Counted from the stretch's first letter, positions 30,593-42,287 are shown. The stretch is 64,000 nucleotides of DNA from an uncultured delta proteobacterium (GCA_963760795.1 CAVXEP010000015.1:32001-96000); one strand, 5' to 3'. The notes: a model not told the origin generated them from the sequence alone. Translations and numbers: made by a program.

Positions 30593-30621
30593 AATGTAAC
30601 ACGCTCACCGGAGGGGGTCAA
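30593..30621 (-). promoter_or_regulatory. sigma70-like promoter, probably giving a leaderless mRNA
   Basis: TTGACC-17 bp-TACATT (TGn extended); 8 nt to ATG 30584; no SD sequence. Confidence 0.5.
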
Positions 30622-30686
30622 TGTAGAGTGGCTGACGCCTTCATTCACCGCGCCAACTATGGTAATTTTCCTGGCGGCGGCGGTAA

Positions 30687-33091
<2,405 letters not shown>

Positions 33092-33229
33092 CTTAGCCCT
33101 CCTTGTTGGATCGACGCATACTCATCTCGGGATCAATTTGGCCAAAAAGCCGGGCCGCAAACGGGTCTCACGGACGGCAACCTCTCGGCACGCTCTTCGG
33201 TACCCTGACCCTCGGAAAAAAACGCCGCT

Positions 33230-33259
33230 AGGCTACAAAAGTCGCTGGCCGCTTGTCAA
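33230..33259 (-). promoter_or_regulatory. Putative promoter of the RRM gene with a ~130 nt leader
   Basis: TTGACA-18 bp-TAGCCT. Confidence 0.5.
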
Positions 33260-33296
33260 ATCTTTTGGCTCTTCCAGGTTTACTGTGAAGACGGGT

Positions 33297-33403
33297 TAAC
33301 CACGAAGACGCCAAGGACACGAAGGTTTTCGTAGGGCGGGCTTCGCGGACCGGTCGGTCTCGGATTGTCTCGCGCTAGGCATGTCCTGAGCGAGGTCGAA
33401 GAG
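33297..33403. repeat. Cluster of REP-like half-elements
   Basis: aaccacgaagacgccaaggacacgaag; gtagggcgggc; gcatgtcctgagcgaggtcgaag. Confidence 0.45.
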
Positions 33404-33490
33404 GCGCTATTGCCACAAAGGGATTGAACTCAAAGGTTACCGTCGTCTTGCCGCAGCCAGCAGTCTAGGCTAGATACTTGCGAGAATCCC

Positions 33491-33783
33491 ATGACCAATC
33501 CACTGGAAAAAAGTTCCGTCCATCTCAATATCTCGGGCCGGGTTCAGGGCGTGTATTACCGCGCCTCAATGTTACAGGAAGCACAGCGGTTGGGCCTCAC
33601 CGGTTGGGTGATGAATCGCCCCGACGGTTCGGTGGAAGCGGTGGCGGAAGGTTGGAAAGCGAAAATAGAAGAACTCATCGCCTGGTGCCGTCAAGGACCG
33701 CAAGGCGCACGGGTGGCTGGTGTCGAAGTATATGGCAAAAGCCGGAGAATAGTTTTTTCGGCTTCGCGATTCGGCGCGTGTAA
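33491..33783 (+). CDS. acyP: Acylphosphatase; frameshift at ~33731
   Basis: [25 protein letters not shown]; the C-terminus [16 protein letters not shown] lies in the adjacent frame. Confidence 0.9.
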
Positions 33784-33786
33784 TGC

Positions 33787-34630
33787 TCACTTGGCGAGCT
33801 TGGAACCCTTGAGATCGAGCGCCAGCTTATAGACTTCCTTCTTCGCCAGTCCGTAGCGCTCACCGAGCAACTCCGCGATCTCCTTCACGCCCATGCCGGT
33901 GCCGGCGAGTTGGCGGATCGTCCCGTGCAGTTCCTCGTCGGACACCCGCGCCTCGCCGCTGGTGCCATGAACCATAATCACGATTTCGCCTTTAATGTCG
34001 CGGTCGGCGAGCGCGCGAACAACTTCGCTTAGCTTGCCGCGTCGGAACTCTTCGTGAACCTTGGTCAGCTCGCGGGCCACAGCGATCTCCCGGTCGCCGA
34101 AGATCTTGAGCATTTCGGCGAGCGAGTCCAAGAGCCGGTGCGGCGCCTCGTAAAAAACCAATGTCGCCGACTGCGTCGCGCAGGCTTTGCAATTTGGTTT
34201 TTCGCTCCTGGGTCCTGGCCGGCAGAAAACCTTCGAACAAGAAGCGGTCCGTCGGCAAACCGCTGGCACTGAGCGCCGTGGTCAATGCCGATGCGCCGGG
34301 CAACGGAACGACCTGAATCCCGGCCTGAATCGCATCGACGACAATGCGATAACCCGGATCGGAAATCGCCGGCGTGCCGGCGTCGGACACTAGCGCGATG
34401 CTGGCGCCGCTCTTCAGGCGCTCCACCAGAGTCCGTGCTTTGCCGCGTTCGTTATGGTCGTGATAGCTGGTCAGCGCCGTATTGATGCCAAAGTGCGCGA
34501 GCAAGTGCTGCGTGTGCCGGGTGTCCTCTGCGGCGATCAATTCGACTTCTTTGAGAACCCGCAGCGCGCGCAAAGTGATGTCTTCGAGATTGCCGATGGG
34601 AGTTGGAACGATGTAGAGGGTCCCGGCCAT
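33787..34630 (-). CDS. rsmI: 16S rRNA C1402 2'-O-methyltransferase; frameshift at ~34174
   Basis: [32 protein letters not shown], then FYEAPHR and [10 protein letters not shown] in the second frame. Confidence 0.93.
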
Positions 34631-34651
34631 TCAATCCACCCCAAGCGGGCC

Positions 34652-34716
34652 GAGGATGGATAGTGGAGGATAGAAAATGGCGCGCTGCTCTATCCTCGAC
34701 CCTCCATCCTCGACCA
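34652..34716. repeat. Heptamer tandem-repeat hairpin, same family as 11112-11171
   Basis: gaggatg gatagtg gaggata gaaaatg | ctctatc ctcgacc ctccatc ctcgacc. Confidence 0.7.
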
Positions 34717-35539
34717 TCATTTCCCCCAGTCTCTAGAATAGCGGAAGTCGCGGTCGATGGTGCGCTGCGACACCTTGGCGATCACCGGCAGGCGCCGTTT
34801 GAATTGGGAATTCATGATCCGCGCGGCGATGTCGTCGATGAAGCGTTCGGGAAATCCCGCTGGCGACCAGCTCAGCTTTGGTGTAGCGCTGGTCGACCAT
34901 CAAGTAGAGCAGCTTGTCTACTTCGCGGTAGGTAAAACCCAACTCACCCTCGTCGGTCTGGCCGCTCCACAGATCCGCCGACGGCTCTTTCTGGACGATG
35001 ACTTGGGGCACGCCGATCGCCTCGGAGAGCGCCCACACTTGGGTCTTGTAGAGATCGCCCAGCGGATTGATCGCCGACGCCGTGTCGCCGTGCAGCGTAC
35101 CATAGCCCAACAAAAGTTCGGTCTTGTTGCTGGTGCCGAGAACTAAAGCGCTCCAGCGCATCGATTGGTCATAAAGAATCGTCATGCGCTCGCGCGCCAT
35201 CTTGTTGCCACGCCGGCGCGCGTCGGCATCGGGGAAGCCAGCAAAATAACCGTCGATCTGCGCCGTGATCTCGACCAACATCGACTCGATACCGCTTTTT
35301 TGCACGACCATTTCGGCATGGGCCCGGCTATCCGAATTGGAGCTCTTGTAAGGCATCAAGACGCCCAATACGTTTTGCCGCCCTAGAGCCTCAGCAGCCA
35401 ACATCGCGCTCAGCGCCGAATCCACCCCGCCGGAAAGACCGACCACCACGCGCGCCAGCCCGGTCTTGCGCACTTCATTGCGAATAAAAGCGACGAGAAT
35501 CTGGCGCAGCAAAGCAGCGTTGGTCGGTATTTGCGTCAT
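34717..35539 (-). CDS. nadE: NAD+ synthetase, synthetase subunit; frameshift at ~34857
   Basis: [29 protein letters not shown]; the corrected tail reads [28 protein letters not shown]. Confidence 0.93.
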
Positions 35540-35547
35540 GCGGCAGG

Positions 35548-36462
35548 TTATTTCTTCTTGGCGCTTCTCCGGCCTTGAACTTTTGAACCCTTGAACCCTT
35601 GAACGATTTTAGCCCCCGGCCGCTCGCGGATGCGCATCAGCTCGTTGATCGTCAGATCCAAATCTTCGTCGCGCAACAGCGGCGACATGGTGCGTTTGCG
35701 CCGCACCGCTTCGAAGCTAGCGTCGACGGCGATGAAGTCCTCGTCATAGTAGCGCGCTTTAGCGAGCCGCTCGCCGAAGGGATCGACGATCTCGGAGCCG
35801 CCCCAGAAGCCGACGCCGTCTTCAAAACCGCAGCGGTTGCCGTAGATCATGAACAGGCTGAAGGTTTCGGCATAGACGCGATTGAGCATTTCCCAGTAGC
35901 GCGCGTTGTCGTCCTGGCTCTGCTGGTCGACGATGCCGCGGAGTGGGCTCGCCGACGGACAGAGCACCGCCAGGGCGCCGTCCAAGGCGGCTAAGTAAAT
36001 CGTCGACGGGTGCCAGAGATCTTCACAAATCAACAGCGCCATACGGCCGAACTTGGAGTCGAAGGCGCGTACCCGGTCGCCGCGGGCGAAGTAGCGCTGC
36101 TCATCGAACATGCCATAGGTCGGCAGATAGACTTTGCGGTGCACATGGCGAATCTCGCCATCTTCGAAATAGACTGCCGAGTTGAAAAACCTATGATCGG
36201 CGCTCTCTTCCACCAGGCCGGCGACGAAGGACAGCTTGCGGCTGAGTGCCATGAGCTGCTTGATTTCCGGCGCGTTGAGCGTCAGCGCCACCGTCGGCAC
36301 GGTATCGCGCAGCATGTAACCGGTGAGACTCAATTCGGGGAATAACAACAATTGGGTTTTGTCAGCGGCGGCGTGGCCGATGCGTTCTTCATACACGGCC
36401 AGGTTGGCCTGGAGGTCGCCAAGTCTTGGGTTGACCTGACCGATAGCGATGCGGATAGACAC
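35548..36462 (-). CDS. Nitrilase-family (CN hydrolase) protein, probable glutaminase subunit of NadE
   Basis: Catalytic triad FPELSLTGY / [18 protein letters not shown] / ICEDLW; directly upstream of nadE. Confidence 0.88.
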   Translation of the reverse strand: MSIRIAIGQVNPRLGDLQANLAVYEERIGHAAADKTQLLLFPELSLTGYMLRDTVPTVALTLNAPEIKQLMALSRKLSFVAGLVEESADHRFFNSAVYFEDGEIRHVHRKVYLPTYGMFDEQRYFARGDRVRAFDSKFGRMALLICEDLWHPSTIYLAALDGALAVLCPSASPLRGIVDQQSQDDNARYWEMLNRVYAETFSLFMIYGNRCGFEDGVGFWGGSEIVDPFGERLAKARYYDEDFIAVDASFEAVRRKRTMSPLLRDEDLDLTINELMRIRERPGAKIVQGFKGSKVQGRRSAKKK

Positions 36463-36530
36463 GGGAAAATCTCCGTCTGCGAGCCAGCTAGAAATAAATT
36501 CTCACGAAACTAACATAGGCCTAACCACAC

Positions 36531-36559
36531 TTGCAATTTCCCCCAGTCGCGCTTACCTT
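36531..36559 (+). promoter_or_regulatory. Putative sigma70 promoter for the selenoprotein/amgK-murU unit
   Basis: TTGCAA-17 bp-TACCTT. Confidence 0.45.
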
Positions 36560-36607
36560 GATTGTATCGACGAAACCAAGCGTAACCGGCCATCCAGCCG
36601 CAAAACC

Positions 36608-36832
36608 ATGGCAGAAAACGTTACTATTTACGGCCAAGATCTGTGAGCTTTTACTTCGGGAGCCCGTGCGGACTTCACCCGGCGCAAAGTGCCATTCGAG
36701 TATGTCAACGTCTTGGAAGACGGCGCCGGCCTTGAGCGCATGAGACAGCTCACCAATGGCCGGCGCAAGATTCCGGTGATCGTCCAAGACGGTAAGGTCA
36801 GCGTCGGCTTCGGCGGCACCTGAGAAGTCTGA
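36608..36832 (+). CDS. Glutaredoxin-like di-selenoprotein (UXX-star type), 74 aa with Sec at codons 13 and 72
   Basis: MAENVTIYGQDL-U-AFTSGARADFTRRKVPFEYVNVLEDGAGLERMRQLTNGRRKIPVIVQDGKVSVGFGGT-U-EV*. UGA at 36644 sits at the glutaredoxin active-site position and UGA at 36821 precedes two codons and a stop. Confidence 0.88.
36659..36676 (+). promoter_or_regulatory. Candidate bacterial SECIS for UGA-1
   Basis: GGAG-C-CC[GUGC]GG-A-CUUC, 12 nt after the UGA, loop beginning GU. Confidence 0.55.
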
Positions 36833-36834
36833 AC

Positions 36835-36851
36835 TGCCGGCGGTGTCGGCA
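36835..36851 (+). promoter_or_regulatory. Candidate bacterial SECIS for UGA-2 (in the 3' UTR)
   Basis: UGCCGGC[GGU]GUCGGCA, starting 11 nt after the UGA, loop beginning G. Confidence 0.65.
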
Positions 36852-36906
36852 CCAATACGAGAGCGCCCAGGCGAAAATTACCCTTAGCCAAACTCCAAAT
36901 CCACCC

Positions 36907-37983
36907 TTGGTTGCATCCATCGATCAACTAATTGCCGAGAAAGTCGGCTTGCTTTTCGGCCGCAACACCGCCGTAACCGGCGTCACCGCCTTACCCGGCG
37001 ACGCCTCGACGCGGCGCTATTATCGCGTCCACCTAAACGGATCCGGCACGCCGCCGTCGCTGATGTCGATGCAATTGCCCGCCGGCAGCGGACTGCCGAT
37101 CTCCAGCGAAGAGCTGGCGGTCTTCCCAGACGCTCCCAAGGAACTGCCGTTTTTAAACGTACACCGTTTCCTCGATCGCGTCGGCGTCAGAGTGCCAATT
37201 ATCTACGGCCATTGGGAAGCCGAGGGCCTGCTGCTACTCGAAGATCTGGGCAATGTCGCTTTGTGGGACCGGGTGCAAGGTTTATCCGAAGCCGAAGTCG
37301 TCGCGTGGTACAAAAAGGCCATCGACGAGCTTCTACGATTACAAATTGCCGGCACCGAACACCGTGACGACTCCTGCATCGCTTTTCAGCAACGTTTCGA
37401 CGAGAAACTCTACGTCTGGGAATTCGAGCATTTTATCGAATGGGGTTTGAAAAAACGGCCTGGCGCAAAGATCTCAACCACTACGCTCGCGACGCTGCGC
37501 GAAACCTTTGCCGCCATCGCGCAGACGCTCGACCGCCAACCGCCCTGTCTCAATCACCGTGATTACCATAGCTGGAATCTGATGATCCACAACGAGGCGG
37601 TATGCGTCATCGACTTTCAAGACGCCCTGCTCGCGCCGGCGCAATACGATCTCGCCTCGCTGTTAAACGATCGCATCACTGACGCCGTCATCCAACCGCA
37701 TATTGAACCGCAGCTGGTCGAGTATTATCGCGAAAGAGCCATTGAGCTATCGGGTCGCGCCATCTCGCGCCAGGAATTTTTGGATATCTACCGGCTGTCG
37801 GCGATCCAACGCGACTTAAAAGTCGTCGGCCGCTTCTACTATCTCGATCTGGTCAAAGGCAAACCGGGCTATATGAAATTCGTCCCGCCCACCGTGCGCC
37901 GGCTCCAGCGCAATCTCGCCCATGTGGCGCAGACTGAGATAATCCTGCCGCTGTTGCGCGAACATTTTGAGGCGATGCTGTGA
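36907..37983 (+). CDS. amgK: Anomeric MurNAc/GlcNAc kinase (APH-like phosphotransferase)
   Basis: GDASTRRYYR, LLEDLG, HRDYHSWNLM, IDFQDA; coupled to murU. Confidence 0.85.
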   Translation: MVASIDQLIAEKVGLLFGRNTAVTGVTALPGDASTRRYYRVHLNGSGTPPSLMSMQLPAGSGLPISSEELAVFPDAPKELPFLNVHRFLDRVGVRVPIIYGHWEAEGLLLLEDLGNVALWDRVQGLSEAEVVAWYKKAIDELLRLQIAGTEHRDDSCIAFQQRFDEKLYVWEFEHFIEWGLKKRPGAKISTTTLATLRETFAAIAQTLDRQPPCLNHRDYHSWNLMIHNEAVCVIDFQDALLAPAQYDLASLLNDRITDAVIQPHIEPQLVEYYRERAIELSGRAISRQEFLDIYRLSAIQRDLKVVGRFYYLDLVKGKPGYMKFVPPTVRRLQRNLAHVAQTEIILPLLREHFEAML

Positions 37984-38720
37984 AAGCGATGGTGCTGGCC
38001 GCCGGCCAAGGCACACGCCTGCGACCGATCACTGACGGCATGCCCAAAGCGCTGGTGCCGGTGGCCGGCCGGCCGATGATCGAGTTTGTCGTGCTGCTGC
38101 TGCGCCGTTACGGTGTCCGCGATATCGTCATTAATCTGCATCATTTCGGTGCGCAGATCGAAAAACAGCTGGGCGATGGCCAACGCTTCGACGTAAACAT
38201 CTGCTATTCAAACGAGCCCGAGCTCTTAGACACCGGCGGCGGACTGTTGAAAACCAAGGCGTTTTTACAGGATGGCACGTTCATCGTCATCAACACCGAC
38301 GCCCTGATCGACGTTGACCTAGCAGCGGTGCTGAACGACCATCGAAAGAATAATGCGGCAGCCACGCTGGTGCTGCGCCCCGATGCCGACGCCGACCGCT
38401 ATGGCTCCATCGATATCGGCGCCGACGGCCGCATCTGCCGCTTTCTCCAGCACCGATCTCCGGAACCGCCGGTTGGCGCAGTGAGAAAATTGATGTTCAC
38501 CGGCGTGCAAATTCTCGAACCGCGGATCTTCGACTACATGGATGGCGGCTTAAAAAAATTCAGCACCACCAGGGAGACCTATCCGCGCATGTTGGGCGCC
38601 GGGGAGATGCTCTACGGCTATTGTTTCGACGGCTTCTGGCAAGATCTCGGCACCCAAGAACGGATCGCGGAAGCCGAACGGCAGCTCCGCGGCGGTCAGG
38701 CACGGCTGCATTATCTGTGA
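37980..38720 (+). CDS. murU: MurNAc-1-phosphate uridylyltransferase (NTP transferase)
   Basis: MKAMVLAAGQGTRLRPIT..PKAL, LDTGGGL, WQDLGT; follows amgK. Confidence 0.8.
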   Translation: MKAMVLAAGQGTRLRPITDGMPKALVPVAGRPMIEFVVLLLRRYGVRDIVINLHHFGAQIEKQLGDGQRFDVNICYSNEPELLDTGGGLLKTKAFLQDGTFIVINTDALIDVDLAAVLNDHRKNNAAATLVLRPDADADRYGSIDIGADGRICRFLQHRSPEPPVGAVRKLMFTGVQILEPRIFDYMDGGLKKFSTTRETYPRMLGAGEMLYGYCFDGFWQDLGTQERIAEAERQLRGGQARLHYL

Positions 38721-38775
38721 ATTGTAGAACGAAAATCGCGGAACCTGGACATTGCCACGTTGCGCGCTAACCGAT

Positions 38776-38858
38776 TTGGCAGATTTAGCGCAAGGCAGCC
38801 CAACATGTTCGCTGCTTTGCCGGTAAATCTTGCCAATCTTTCTGGCTGAAAACTTGCT
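38776..38858 (+). promoter_or_regulatory. Long imperfect inverted repeat followed by a sigma54-type -24/-12 element
   Basis: ttggcagattta-gcgcaaggcagc...gctgctttgc-cgg-taaatcttgccaa (38776-38836), then TGGCTGAAAACTTGCT (38843-38858; GG-N10-GC). Confidence 0.5.
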
Positions 38859-38901
38859 ACAATTTTCAGACAGTCAACACTTGAACCGTAACCCACTAGC
38901 G

Positions 38902-39804
38902 ATGCTCGACCGAATCATCATCGACCTGCTGCAAAACCAAAACCCGGATGGCGGTTGGGGCGCGCTACGCGGCAAGCGCAGCAACACCGAGGCAACCTCC
39001 TTAGCCGTCGCCGCGCTGAAAGCGCTAGCGGACAACGAACTGGCGGAAAACCGCAAACGCGGCGTCGCTTGGTTGGTGCGACAACAAAACCAAGACCATA
39101 GCTGGCCGCTCAATGAGACAGTCAAAGAAGGCTCTTGGACAACCGCTTTGGCGATCACGGCGCTCGGCGATATCGCGGAGAACAGCGAACGTGTGCTCGC
39201 CGCGGCGCGTTGGCTACTGCAACAAGCGGGAAGCAAGCCGGGCATTCTCGCTGAGATCATCCTGTGGGCCACCGGCAAATCGGGCGCCAACAAACTCAAC
39301 AAAGATCTCATCGGCTGGTCCTGGGTACCGAGCTCATTTAGCTGGGTGGAGCCGACCAGCTATGCGCTGATTGCGCTGAAAAAACAGCGTGGCCGTCTCG
39401 CCGGCACCAACGTTGACGAGCGCATTCGCCAAGCCGATGCGATGATCTACGATCGCATGTGCACCGGCGGCGGTTGGAATTATGGCAACTCCAAGGTTCT
39501 AGACTATGCGCTTTGGCCCTACCCGGATATCACCGCGCTGGCATTGATCGCCATGCAAGATCATGCGAACGAGAAAGCCAATCAAGAAAGTCTGCAAGTC
39601 CTAAGCAAGATCGCCCTTGAAACCGATTCCGGGTTTGGCCTCTGTTGGGCGGCTATCTGTCTAAACCTTTACGGCCGAGATCATTCGCAGTTTCACAAAC
39701 GGATCGAAAAACGTTTCGCCGCCACGGCATTCTTGGGTGAGACTAAGACTCTCGCTCTGGCTTTGATCGCGCTGCGGGCCAAGTCCAATCCTTTTCAGAT
39801 TTAG
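38902..39804 (+). CDS. Prenyltransferase/squalene-cyclase-repeat (alpha/alpha barrel) protein
   Basis: QW-like repeats QNPDGGWG, QNQDHSW, MCTGGGWNYGN; WVEPTSYALIAL. Confidence 0.78.
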   Translation: MLDRIIIDLLQNQNPDGGWGALRGKRSNTEATSLAVAALKALADNELAENRKRGVAWLVRQQNQDHSWPLNETVKEGSWTTALAITALGDIAENSERVLAAARWLLQQAGSKPGILAEIILWATGKSGANKLNKDLIGWSWVPSSFSWVEPTSYALIALKKQRGRLAGTNVDERIRQADAMIYDRMCTGGGWNYGNSKVLDYALWPYPDITALALIAMQDHANEKANQESLQVLSKIALETDSGFGLCWAAICLNLYGRDHSQFHKRIEKRFAATAFLGETKTLALALIALRAKSNPFQI

Positions 39805-39813
39805 GGTCAAACG

Positions 39814-40806
39814 ATGCGTCGCCGAGAATTTCTTAAATACACCGCCCTGGGCTCGCTCAGCACGACACTCGCCAGTTGCCAATCGACTGGGCGCTGGCAG
39901 CCTGTGGCGTTTCGCAAGAAATCCTCCTCGCGCGTCGCCATCTTGGCGGCCAAGTCCTACGACCAACCGCTCAAGGACGTGATACTGAGAGGTATCAAAC
40001 TTTGCGGTTTGCAGGTCACAGGAAAAAAAATCGTCCTCAAACCGAACCTGGTCGAATTCGATCCCAAAGGCGTCATCAACACCAATCCGGCGGTCATCGA
40101 GGCGACCATCGATGCCTTTCGCACTCTCGGCGCCGCCGAAGTGATCGTCGCCGAAGGGCCGGGCCATCGGCGCGACAACGAATATTTGCTCTCGGCCTCG
40201 GGACTTTACGACGTTATACGCGAGCATAAGGTCCGCTACGTCGATCTCAACTCCGACGACGTCCGCGCCACACCGGTGCGCAGCAGCTATACCAGCTTCA
40301 AACAACTGTACCTGCCGGAGACACTGTTCAACGCCGACCTGCTGGTCTCCATGCCCAAGTTGAAGACCCATCATTGGGCCGGCGTGACACTGTCGATGAA
40401 AAACCTGTTCGGCATCATTCCCGGGACGGTTTACGGCTGGCCAAAAAATATTCTCCACTGGCAAGGCATCGATAACAGCATCTTGGATATCAACAGCTCG
40501 CTGCCGTTGCCGCAGTTCGCCATCGTCGACGGCATCGTCGGCATGGAAGGCAACGGTCCGCTGCAAGGCCAAGCGAAGAACGCTGGCGTGCTGATCTTCG
40601 GCGACGATTTCGTGTCGGTGGACGCCAGCGCGGCGCGCCTGATGAAACTCGAACCGCGCAAAGTCATTCACCTCGCCAAGGCCGATGAATTTCTCGGCAA
40701 CTTAGCCTACGAAAAAATCGAACAAATCGGCGAGAAGTTGGAAAGTCTTCAGCAGGACTTCGACATCATCGAAGACTTACAAGATTTGAAAAAATTCAAG
40801 GGTTAA
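39814..40806 (+). CDS. DUF362 domain protein with a Tat-lipoprotein signal
   Basis: MRRREFLK...LASC; VLKPNLV, PKLKTH..AGVTLSMKNLFG, IVDGIVGMEGNGP. Confidence 0.88.
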   Translation: MRRREFLKYTALGSLSTTLASCQSTGRWQPVAFRKKSSSRVAILAAKSYDQPLKDVILRGIKLCGLQVTGKKIVLKPNLVEFDPKGVINTNPAVIEATIDAFRTLGAAEVIVAEGPGHRRDNEYLLSASGLYDVIREHKVRYVDLNSDDVRATPVRSSYTSFKQLYLPETLFNADLLVSMPKLKTHHWAGVTLSMKNLFGIIPGTVYGWPKNILHWQGIDNSILDINSSLPLPQFAIVDGIVGMEGNGPLQGQAKNAGVLIFGDDFVSVDASAARLMKLEPRKVIHLAKADEFLGNLAYEKIEQIGEKLESLQQDFDIIEDLQDLKKFKG

Positions 40807-40850
40807 AGCCGTCTTGGCAAAGCGCAATTAAGCCGCGCGGCAGCGCAACA

Positions 40851-41471
40851 TTAGTTGCGCGCAGCAATCACACCGCAGGCAGCGCGGTCGCCGGCGTTTC
40901 CCGTCGGATCGGTGGTGTCATCGTCAACGCCGGCATGTACGACCAAGGCACTGCCATCGGCGTCAAAGACTGAGTTTGGCCCGGCCCCAAGGGTGACAGC
41001 GTCGGTCAGAGCTTCAAAACGGCCGGCGCCATCCTTCGCAACCAGCATGTTCGGCAAATCGCCGGCGTGGGCGCCATCCGGGTTCCGGTAGCCATGTTTC
41101 TTCTGCGTTGGGTTAAAATGTCCGCCCGCGCTGGTAAACGCCGGCCCGTCACATTTGCCAACCGCATGGATATGCACCGCATGGAGACCGGCGCTGAGCC
41201 TTTTGACCTCCGCTCTAACCCGCACACCGTCGCCGACCTCGATAAACGATGCCATGCCGATCGTCTTGCCATCTTTGTCCTTGAGTTCGGCGGTCGCTCG
41301 TTCGCCTGGGCCGACTAGTGCGCAACCCGCTCCGGCAACGAACGACAAGGCGCAAAAAGTTACGATAGCTATCCAGCCATGAAGGTCTTTGAAGCAGCGG
41401 CAATATTGCATAGGGAATTCGATACCATCGATCGAATTGGCTAGCAACCAATTCATGACAAATTGGTGCAA
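40851..41471 (-). CDS. sodC: Cu/Zn superoxide dismutase, probable lipoprotein
   Basis: HAVHIH..C, GGHFNP, KHG, HAGDLPN, VVHAGVDD, GDRAACG; AGAGC lipobox. The start is uncertain. Confidence 0.92.
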   Translation of the reverse strand: MHQFVMNWLLANSIDGIEFPMQYCRCFKDLHGWIAIVTFCALSFVAGAGCALVGPGERATAELKDKDGKTIGMASFIEVGDGVRVRAEVKRLSAGLHAVHIHAVGKCDGPAFTSAGGHFNPTQKKHGYRNPDGAHAGDLPNMLVAKDGAGRFEALTDAVTLGAGPNSVFDADGSALVVHAGVDDDTTDPTGNAGDRAACGVIAARN

Positions 41472-41539
41472 AGGTGGCGTCTATTTACCCGCTGATTGCG
41501 ACGCATCCGGGCCTATGCTAGCGTTCGACGTTATTCGTC

Positions 41540-42259
41540 ATGTCCGCTCTAGCGATATATTTGCCGACGGTGGTTTTCGTCTCCTTGCTCGGCGGCTTCT
41601 TGCCATTGATGCGGGCGTTGTCCCAGCGGGCCCTCGCCCTACTGCTCAGTTTTAGCGCCGGTGTCCTGCTCGGCGCGGTGTTTTTTCACATGTTGCCGGA
41701 GACCGGTAAAGTCCTTGGCGAAAACGTCGGCCTACCGGTGCTGGCTGGCTTCCTGCTGATCTTCGTCATGGAACGGTTTGTCTTCATCCATGCCTGCGAA
41801 GAACATGACTGCGACATCCATCAAATGGGTCTTCCAGCGTTTCTCGGTATTTCGCTGCACAGTCTACTCGACGGCATCGCCCTCGGTGCCGGTCTGATTC
41901 TGCCACAGATTGGCCCGATGGTGTTACTCGCCGTGATCATTCACAAGATGCCCGACAGCATGTCGATCTCGTCGATCCTGCTCTCCGCCGGCTGGGAACG
42001 CCATAAAGTCGGCAAGCTCAATTTGCTGTTTTCCCTCACCACCCCCATCGGCGCGCTGCTGGCCTTTTTCAGCTTCCGTGTGCTCTCTCCGGAGAATGTC
42101 GCCGTCGCCATCGGCTTATCCGCCGGCACTTTCCTGGCCATCGCCACCGCCGACATCTTGCCCCATGTGCACCGCATCGAGCAGCGCAATCCGATGACTC
42201 TTGCTTTTCTGGCCATTGGCCTAGCGGTCAGTTGGATGGGCACGCTGTTGGTCCACTGA
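41540..42259 (+). CDS. ZIP family metal transporter
   Basis: LHSLLDG and IHKMPD metal-site helices; His/Cys loop HACEEHDCDIH. Confidence 0.9.
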   Translation: MSALAIYLPTVVFVSLLGGFLPLMRALSQRALALLLSFSAGVLLGAVFFHMLPETGKVLGENVGLPVLAGFLLIFVMERFVFIHACEEHDCDIHQMGLPAFLGISLHSLLDGIALGAGLILPQIGPMVLLAVIIHKMPDSMSISSILLSAGWERHKVGKLNLLFSLTTPIGALLAFFSFRVLSPENVAVAIGLSAGTFLAIATADILPHVHRIEQRNPMTLAFLAIGLAVSWMGTLLVH

Positions 42260-42287
42260 GCCGGTTGCGGCGAGTCTCACTCGACCT

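Noticed and set aside
36644-36646. The TGA as a simple nonsense mutation or sequencing error
   Set aside because: It falls at the redox-active position, a second UGA gives the U-x-x-stop end, and both have SECIS-like hairpins.
38902-39804. Squalene-hopene cyclase
   Set aside because: Only about 300 aa (one barrel) and no DxDD motif.
42267-42280. 14-nt match (gcggcgagtctcac) to 31231-31244 in ligA
   Set aside because: A few 14-mer matches are expected by chance in 64 kb of GC-rich sequence.
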